This document shows positions 57,282 through 64,000 of a stretch of DNA of 64,000 nt, one piece after another. The stretch lies in IMG/VR virus record IMGVR_UViG_3300027762_000001, one strand, 5' to 3'. Positions within the stretch are counted from its first letter, which is position 1. Every line of letters begins with the position of its first letter. The notes under the pieces were generated by a model. It saw only the letters and a list, made by a program, of their open reading frames with translations, had not been told where the DNA came from and made no database searches. The translations under genes were made by a program, and so were the position numbers. This DNA is from a virus.

Positions 57282-58454
57282 AGTTAATCACCTATCTATT
57301 TTCTCTATATTCATTACTTCTTCTTAAATTATCTTCAAGATTTTTTCTGCTTTCCTCTTTTTCTTTTTTTCTTCTGTATGTCTTTAAGAGACTATTATAA
57401 ATGCCTCCTGCCACTACAGGTGCTCCCGCCCCCATAACAGCACCAGCAATGCCACCTTTTAGTTTTGGTTTTAAATATTTTGCACCCAAGAATCCTCCTG
57501 CTGTGCTACTTGCACCCATTGTGAAAGCACCTAAAGCACTCTTTCTAGCTTGTGCCTTATCTACCATACCATCATCTAATAAATCAAAGTCACGTGGAAG
57601 TGGAGTATTATTTGCCATTGCTTCCTTGTATGCTTTTGCTCTTGGACTTCCTGGTGCTCCTTTATATGTTGCCATCTTTACTATCTCTTCTTTGTACATT
57701 GCAACTTTATCCATATTTATCATTCTCCTTTATTGATTAAGTTTTTTTAATGTAGTTGCTGCCACTGCTCTTACTTCAAATGATTTGTCATTTAAAGACA
57801 TTCTTTTTAAAACGTCTAAAGGGGTATTTTGATTTTTTGCAACACCGAGTCTAACATTATCGTTTTTATCATAAGAAAAATCTATTAATATTCCATCATA
57901 TTTAGTTTTTTTAGCAACATTATAACGATCAATATTAGATAAACTATGTGCTAAGTTTTCATCAGTCTGATTCCAATTTTTTTTAGTAAATAAAAAGTTA
58001 TTATTTGCCATCTTTACTATCTCTTCTTTGTATGAGGCAAGCTTAGTCTGACCTTTAGATAGATTGTCATACTCTTTTGCATACATAGATGCAGTACCTG
58101 GTTTAAAGTAATTTGAGTCGAAGGTGCTGGTTAAATCAGTTATTTCACTTCTGTCTAGATCTGGGCCAATGATATCATCATCAATTAAGTCTCCAGCTCT
58201 TCTAGCTTTATTTAAAACATTTAACATTATTTTTTCACTATGAGGATTATCCCAATCTACTTCTCTATAATTATCGTCTTTCCTGCTAGTAATATTATAA
58301 TCCTGATTAGTGGTTTGATTAGTGATTTGATTACTGATAGGTTTTTTATTAAACTTATTAGTAAATTTAGAAAATATACTAGCTCCAACAGGGCCAATAA
58401 AATTTTCTAAAGAAGCCATCTTTACTATCTCTTCTTTGTACATTGCAACTTTAT
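55594..58454. repeat. five dispersed near-identical 26-40-bp repeats encoding YKEEIVKMA
   Basis: GCCATCTTTACTATCTCTTCTTTGTA at 55594, 57671, 58007 and 58415, with a 2-mismatch copy at 56350; 57671-57710 and 58415-58454 are identical over 40 bp. Confidence 0.9.
57292..57714 (-). CDS. K-x-A tag protein with Gly-zipper helices
   Basis: AAGGAG RBS; leader MDKVAMYKEEIVKMA. Confidence 0.8.
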   Translation of the reverse strand: MDKVAMYKEEIVKMATYKGAPGSPRAKAYKEAMANNTPLPRDFDLLDDGMVDKAQARKSALGAFTMGASSTAGGFLGAKYLKPKLKGGIAGAVMGAGAPVVAGGIYNSLLKTYRRKKEKEESRKNLEDNLRRSNEYRENR

Positions 58455-59220
58455 TCATGTTGTCATCTCCTTTACTAGCTGTTTTCTTTAAAGCACTTCT
58501 TAAAAGCCCTCCACCGCCTACCATTAATCCTAAGCTTCCTGCAACACCTAGAGCGCCTTTTGTAAATTTACCAGGGTTATTTTTAATGTAATCTTTTATC
58601 TCAGGAATACTTAACTTTTTATAGTGAGGACTTTCTTTTATATATTCAGGGCCAACGTCTCCTTCTATGACTGCGGTGCCTTTAGGGCCCCAAGCTTTAA
58701 GTTCTCTTTTATTTGAATTTAATATTCCCTTATTTATATGTAAGAGTTCAATGTCTCTATATAACCTATTTTCTCTTACAATTCCCCTTCCCTCTTTAAT
58801 TCTATCAATTAAAAGTTCAGCTATTGGATTTTTACTTTCTTTAAATCTCCATATAGGAATACTTATATTTAAGGTTAATCTTGGGTCTTGAGTTTTTTGA
58901 TCATGATTCATATATGATATTGATCCTTCAAAAGAATCTATAACATCTTTATTTTTAGCTAGATAAACTTTATTTTTAAGATCTTTTTTTGAGATAGGAG
59001 TTTTATTTACCTTTAAATTTAAATTAGTAAAGTTATCAGGGTCACTAGCCTTACTGGCTAACAACCCTTGCTCTAATATTTGCTCAACATTTTTTGAAGC
59101 AGTATTATGAAACATATTTTCTCTACCAGTTAATAAAGAATGTTTATCATATATTTTTTTACCAAGGCCTACTCCAGCCAATATAGATGCTAATCCACCT
59201 AAAGCCTTTGCCTTATTCAT
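57730..59220 (-). CDS. polyprotein: ART-like domain + tag modules + C-terminal LRV/HEAT-like repeats
   Basis: MFHNT..KNV.QIL.QGL...VYLA; tags KKTAS, MNKVAMYKEEIVKMA, KLASYKEEIVKMA; VRLGVAKN.NTP.DVL..M..D....VR. Confidence 0.7.
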   Translation of the reverse strand: MNKAKALGGLASILAGVGLGKKIYDKHSLLTGRENMFHNTASKNVEQILEQGLLASKASDPDNFTNLNLKVNKTPISKKDLKNKVYLAKNKDVIDSFEGSISYMNHDQKTQDPRLTLNISIPIWRFKESKNPIAELLIDRIKEGRGIVRENRLYRDIELLHINKGILNSNKRELKAWGPKGTAVIEGDVGPEYIKESPHYKKLSIPEIKDYIKNNPGKFTKGALGVAGSLGLMVGGGGLLRSALKKTASKGDDNMNKVAMYKEEIVKMASLENFIGPVGASIFSKFTNKFNKKPISNQITNQTTNQDYNITSRKDDNYREVDWDNPHSEKIMLNVLNKARRAGDLIDDDIIGPDLDRSEITDLTSTFDSNYFKPGTASMYAKEYDNLSKGQTKLASYKEEIVKMANNNFLFTKKNWNQTDENLAHSLSNIDRYNVAKKTKYDGILIDFSYDKNDNVRLGVAKNQNTPLDVLKRMSLNDKSFEVRAVAATTLKKLNQ

Positions 59221-59224
59221 ATCC

Positions 59225-61615
59225 TTACCTCCTATGAAGCCCGCATGCCATTTTAAACATACTGTCCATATGCTTTATAGCCCCTGTAATATATCCAGGA
59301 TTTACAATGTGGTTTCTATTTTTATATTGGTCATGCTTTAACTCAATTAAGGAAGATGCTGTCTTTTCTAAAAATTCTCTTGAGTCTACTATGTCATCTA
59401 CTACTTCATTTAATTTAGCGTAGACTTTTCCTTTTGACACTTCTGCAAGCTTTTCATTAAAGTGAGTCGCTAAAGTCATAATAGCTGCTACATCTCTCAT
59501 GTGCTCACTTCTTTTTTCTATTGCTATCTTTTCAAATGCAGTAGATAAATTCTGTGACTCCTTTGCAAATTTACTTACTTGGTCAAATACAGCCATGCCA
59601 GTTACACCAGATGATAGAGCAGCGCCTGCAACTAAAGCTCCTAATACATCAGCTGCTACAGCATCTACGACATCTTTATTTACAACTTTCTCTCTTACAA
59701 ATTTCATAGTGTCGTCTACCCTATTACTTACTTGAGCTCCTTCTAATCTTCCAGGCTCAGCTCCTTGAGGTAATTCAAAAGTTACAAACGGCTCATTTTT
59801 TGCTCTTTGTAAAATCTCTGATATCTTAGGTGAATCAAAGTTTAATACTTTTAAAACTCCACGAACTTCATTTATTGCCATGTGCTGATAATCTTTATGA
59901 ATAGCTTTAAAGATAGCTTTAGACTTATCTACATAATTTACTTTTACATGATAAGTTTCTCTATATTTATCTGCTAATCTTATCTCAATGTTATTTGTAG
60001 TTGCTGCACTTTTAAATAATTGGAAGTCGCCTTCGGTAGAGCCTACCATGTCATGTAAATCTTCTGGATTTTTAAGATAACCTTTTATGACTCCTTTTAT
60101 CTTTGTAACTAAAGTTTTTCCATCAGTTACAAATACTTTTCCAGCTTTTGAATTTATAATTAATGACCTAGGTAATATTTTTATTACATCCATTTCATTT
60201 AATCCAATCTTTTTTGATGTAACCTTTATAAATTCTTCATATGGCAATTCATTAAAGCTTTGACCATCTAGTAAAACTAAAGTTATGCTTCTATAATCCA
60301 TATCAACGCTAGTGTCTCCAAAGATTGTTTTTAATGAATCATCATATGTTACAGGTCTTAGAGTTAAAATCTTAACTTGTGCCCCATTACTATTTGGAAT
60401 AGTGTAAGAATTATCAAAGCTACTATCTGATTCTTTCACTTCTCCATTTTCTATTTTAAAACTTTTTATCTTAATGTGTGCAAGTCTTGATGGGTAAAGA
60501 GCTTTGTCTCCATCGAACGCAACGAACACGTCGCCTTCATTTAAAGATTCGATGCCGACTGATGGAAGCTTTAGTCCATCACCTTTAATTCTTTTACATA
60601 AAAATCTTTCGTTGTTATTTAAAATTTTCATCTTATTATCTTTTGTCACAACGACTTTTATATTATGTTTTTGTTCTACACCATCTACGCTTATGTAGTC
60701 AGAGATGATAACGCCTTGGTTCATGCTTATCTCTTTACTTTTGGCTTCGTCTGAGATTTCAGGGAACGCAACGCATGAGCCACTTGGCATGCTTGAAGCA
60801 TTTTCAAAGTTAATATCTTTTAGTCTTGTAAAAATATTTACAGTATCATCTTTTTCATTTTTTAATTCTTCTGCTTCTTTGGCTAATTTTTCAACTTCTC
60901 TTTTTGTCACAGCAACTTTCACAACTTCTGCCAATTTTTCCCAATCCTTATCAGTTGTCACCTTCATAGTTGCTATATTATCTAGAGCCTTTGCGATTTT
61001 TTCTATGCCATCATTTATTTTATTTGCTGTCACATAATTTCCGTTTGGATTTCCTTTTGACATCTCTTGGTCTTGGATTCTTAAAATGTCACCTAAAAAT
61101 CCTATCGATGAAGTTGTGTTGACCGACTTTTCTGTGCCGAGGTATGGCTTAAACTCTTCAACGGGAGAGTCGCTTTTTTTGCCATTATAAATTCCATGAA
61201 TAATTTTTTTGATATTTTCTCTAGAGTATGGTACTCTTTGATTATCTAGTTTAATAATGTCAAACGGAATAAATTCTCCGTCCATAATCATAAATGGCAG
61301 TTCCAAAGTTGCGTCTTTAATTTTGACGGAAGCGACTCCCTGACCTTCATTTACATAATCAGATTTTTCGACGTTATACGACATGGGGGCAACACTAATG
61401 CGTACAACCGTTGGTGCGCCTATGTTTGAGAGTTCTGACAATGTATATTTATGAACAAAGTTTTCTATATTATCAACTGTTGGTTGATAAATATTGACGC
61501 CTGCATATTTAGAAATTGCAAAATCCTCTTTTCTAATATCAAATTGTTGCTTCTCCTCTTTGAAACCAAAAGATAAAGACGCCTCGAACGCGTCGCTGGT
61601 TTTGTAATTTTTCAT
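59225..61615 (-). CDS. large putative virion head/core protein with multiple K-x-A sites
   Basis: SKYA, IEKIA, VEKLA, FKSA, SKFA, FEKIA, LEKTAS; first gene of the minus-strand tag cluster; AGGAGTG RBS. Confidence 0.65.
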   Translation of the reverse strand: MKNYKTSDAFEASLSFGFKEEKQQFDIRKEDFAISKYAGVNIYQPTVDNIENFVHKYTLSELSNIGAPTVVRISVAPMSYNVEKSDYVNEGQGVASVKIKDATLELPFMIMDGEFIPFDIIKLDNQRVPYSRENIKKIIHGIYNGKKSDSPVEEFKPYLGTEKSVNTTSSIGFLGDILRIQDQEMSKGNPNGNYVTANKINDGIEKIAKALDNIATMKVTTDKDWEKLAEVVKVAVTKREVEKLAKEAEELKNEKDDTVNIFTRLKDINFENASSMPSGSCVAFPEISDEAKSKEISMNQGVIISDYISVDGVEQKHNIKVVVTKDNKMKILNNNERFLCKRIKGDGLKLPSVGIESLNEGDVFVAFDGDKALYPSRLAHIKIKSFKIENGEVKESDSSFDNSYTIPNSNGAQVKILTLRPVTYDDSLKTIFGDTSVDMDYRSITLVLLDGQSFNELPYEEFIKVTSKKIGLNEMDVIKILPRSLIINSKAGKVFVTDGKTLVTKIKGVIKGYLKNPEDLHDMVGSTEGDFQLFKSAATTNNIEIRLADKYRETYHVKVNYVDKSKAIFKAIHKDYQHMAINEVRGVLKVLNFDSPKISEILQRAKNEPFVTFELPQGAEPGRLEGAQVSNRVDDTMKFVREKVVNKDVVDAVAADVLGALVAGAALSSGVTGMAVFDQVSKFAKESQNLSTAFEKIAIEKRSEHMRDVAAIMTLATHFNEKLAEVSKGKVYAKLNEVVDDIVDSREFLEKTASSLIELKHDQYKNRNHIVNPGYITGAIKHMDSMFKMACGLHRR

Positions 61616-61844
61616 AATTAAAAATCACTCCTTTTTTATATTTTAACTTTTAAAATAACCTTCATCATTTAAGCTAATTATAACACAGGGATTTTATTAT
61701 AAACAAACAAAGCTAAAGTTCAAAATTCAATTGTAAAAAAACATAAACAAAAGTATTCTTTATGTTAAAGTTTACCTTGGTATAAAAATCATATTTCTTA
61801 ACAATTAAACATATGTTCTTCATAAGTAAATTTATTCAAGTTTT

Positions 61845-62405
<561 letters not shown>

Positions 62406-62753
62406 CTTACATTTTTTTTCTCTACAACATAGTGGTATCAATGGTTTTCAGACTTTTGTAAACACCAGTATACACATTTTCCCAGACTTTTACAACTCGG
62501 ACAAGCTTACTTAGCTTGTCCAGAAACCATATTTTAACAGTATGATTTTGTATATATATTTTTACAGATAATCCCTGTAAATGTCTTACAGTAAACGTAT
62601 ACAAAACCTTACTTTATATATTTTAAGTCAATATATATATAAAAAACATACAGGATATATACAGAAGTTATGTAAATATAAAACATTTATTACTAACATG
62701 CACATCTCCCCATTTTTAATTTATATATATTTTTTTAAAAATTTTATATATAG

Positions 62754-62771
62754 TAGTATAAGATATAAAAG
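62754..62771 (+). promoter_or_regulatory. conserved phage promoter-like motif
   Basis: TAGTATAAGATATAAAAG. Confidence 0.7.
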
Positions 62772-62798
62772 AAAATATAATAATTTTTGGAGGTGAAA

Positions 62799-63029
62799 TT
62801 GGAAATTATGAAAGGATATTTTTTAACAATAGCAGAGGCTAAAAAAGATGCACAATTAAAATTAGAGGATTTATATAAAAAAGCGACAAGAGTCGAGAAT
62901 TTTTTAACTAAAAATCCTAATGATTTAACCATTAAAAAGAAGCTAAATAGGATGAGAGATTATATCGACTATTTAAAAGAGGAGATTAATAACTTTGAGA
63001 ACATTGAAAAAATTACGAGGGTAAATTAA
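62799..63029 (+). CDS. small coiled-coil hypothetical protein (start uncertain)
   Basis: GGAGGTG RBS; first gene after the promoter motif. Confidence 0.6.
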   Translation: MEIMKGYFLTIAEAKKDAQLKLEDLYKKATRVENFLTKNPNDLTIKKKLNRMRDYIDYLKEEINNFENIEKITRVN

Positions 63030-63118
63030 TGGGCAGATTTATAATAGGTTTTTCAATAGGTATAACACTTTCTATGATTATTTGTTTGTTATATCGAATT
63101 TATAAAGAATTAAAATAA
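63029..63118 (+). CDS. 29-aa single-TM peptide, not in ORF track
   Basis: GAGGG RBS; MGRFIIGFSIGITLSMIICLLYRIYKELK. Confidence 0.5.
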   Translation: MGRFIIGFSIGITLSMIICLLYRIYKELK

Positions 63119-63136
63119 TAAAAGGAGGCAGTAGAT

Positions 63137-63355
63137 ATGAGCAATAACAAAAAGGTGCAAGACATGCTTATAAACTTAATAAAAAATGCAAAAGCAATAG
63201 TTGAAGTTAATATTGAACATGACATAAGACAGGAACATTCATGGACTGGTGAATTACAAGTTATTGACACAGGTTTAAGAATTATAACAATAAGATTAGT
63301 AAAAGGAGATGATAAATATGGCTACGAAAAAGAAAATGGAGAGGCAACCACTTAG
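63137..63355 (+). CDS. hypothetical protein
   Basis: GGAGG RBS. Confidence 0.6.
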   Translation: MSNNKKVQDMLINLIKNAKAIVEVNIEHDIRQEHSWTGELQVIDTGLRIITIRLVKGDDKYGYEKENGEATT

Positions 63356-63656
63356 TATACCGCTCAACTCTAGAAATTTCCCACCTGAGGAGTTTTACAT
63401 TAACTATCCTAAGAAAGAGAAAAAGTTTATGTTACTTGGGGTATCTAATAAAGAGGATTTAATTCCTGTCAGTATTGATACTGAGGAATTAGTTAGAGCT
63501 GTTACATTTGGTCACATAAGGCAATATATATATACAGGAGCTGACGGAGATTTATATGACATATGTATCTACAAAGACGAGAGAGGCGAGTGTCATGTCT
63601 ATGATATACGTCATAGGCAAATAGAAAAAGAAAAAAGAGAAAGAGAGAGGGCATAA
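63318..63656 (+). CDS. hypothetical protein
   Basis: AGGAG RBS before ATG 63318. Confidence 0.6.
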   Translation: MATKKKMERQPLSIPLNSRNFPPEEFYINYPKKEKKFMLLGVSNKEDLIPVSIDTEELVRAVTFGHIRQYIYTGADGDLYDICIYKDERGECHVYDIRHRQIEKEKRERERA

Positions 63657-63683
63657 AATTAATTAATAAAGGAGAGAAGGAAA

Positions 63684-64000
63684 TTGGAGCAGGGGGTAAT
63701 TAAAAGTAATTCATGTTTTTATTGTGAAAAAGAAAAGGAAGATATAGTTTTACTTGGAAAGTTAAAATGTGATGATAAAATTTCGATGTATGGAATTTAT
63801 GAATATGAGCCATGTGATAAGTGCAAAAAGAATATGGATAAGGGCATTACATTTTTAGCTGTAGATAATAATCTAAATCCGACGGGCAAATACTGTGTAG
63901 TAAAAGAAGAGACTATTGATAAGATGATACATGATTACACTTTAAAAGAAGAGATAAAAAAAGTTAGAAAGTGTAAGATATCGCCTGAAGAATTTGATGA
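63684..64000 (+). CDS. CxxC...CxxC protein, 3'-truncated
   Basis: AGGAG RBS, TTG 63684; CFYC...CDKC; open to the window end. Confidence 0.55.
   Translation, partial: MEQGVIKSNSCFYCEKEKEDIVLLGKLKCDDKISMYGIYEYEPCDKCKKNMDKGITFLAVDNNLNPTGKYCVVKEETIDKMIHDYTLKEEIKKVRKCKISPEEFD

Noticed and set aside
59225-61615. Major capsid protein or prohead protease
   Set aside because: No HK97-fold or protease motifs could be recognised by eye; only the K-x-A sites support a head role.

Overview
This is an AT-rich, gene-dense 64-kb fragment of a large tailed dsDNA phage, probably jumbo and lytic. The host is probably a Firmicute (Clostridia-like): it encodes SLH, LPxTG, 3D and NlpC/P60 proteins and uses GGAGG/AGGTG RBSs. 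Recognisable core genes are a portal-like protein (3598-5565), a single-chain fused beta-beta' RNA polymerase (5783-12613), a large terminase (14444-16060), a WYL-SNF2 helicase and a tail-fibre cluster (25.7-35.5 kb). The most striking feature is a recurrent peptide tag, consensus about M-[DN]-K-[VI]-A-x-Y-K-E-x-I-x-K-x-A or I-D-x-[ML]-Y-K-x-A, ending in K-x-A. It starts or subdivides about 12 ORFs into polyprotein-like modules. The modules include glycine-zipper membrane helices, an ATP-dependent DNA ligase, two ADP-ribosyltransferase-like domains, WYL, SNF2 and a Zn ribbon. Several tag copies are identical at DNA level (26-40 bp) and two carry internal RBS+ATG. This suggests a portable capsid-targeting/protease-cleavage signal that also serves as a module-shuffling joint (inference). 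Other features are 12 copies of a promoter-like motif TAGYATAAGRWATAAAAG in front of + strand accessory genes, an origin-like region with about 15 AGTGTC repeats (61.8-62.4 kb), and covarying intergenic stem-loops (47.3 and 48.3 kb). No tRNA, rRNA, CRISPR array, integrase or reverse transcriptase was seen. All family assignments come from motif recognition by eye; no searches were run.
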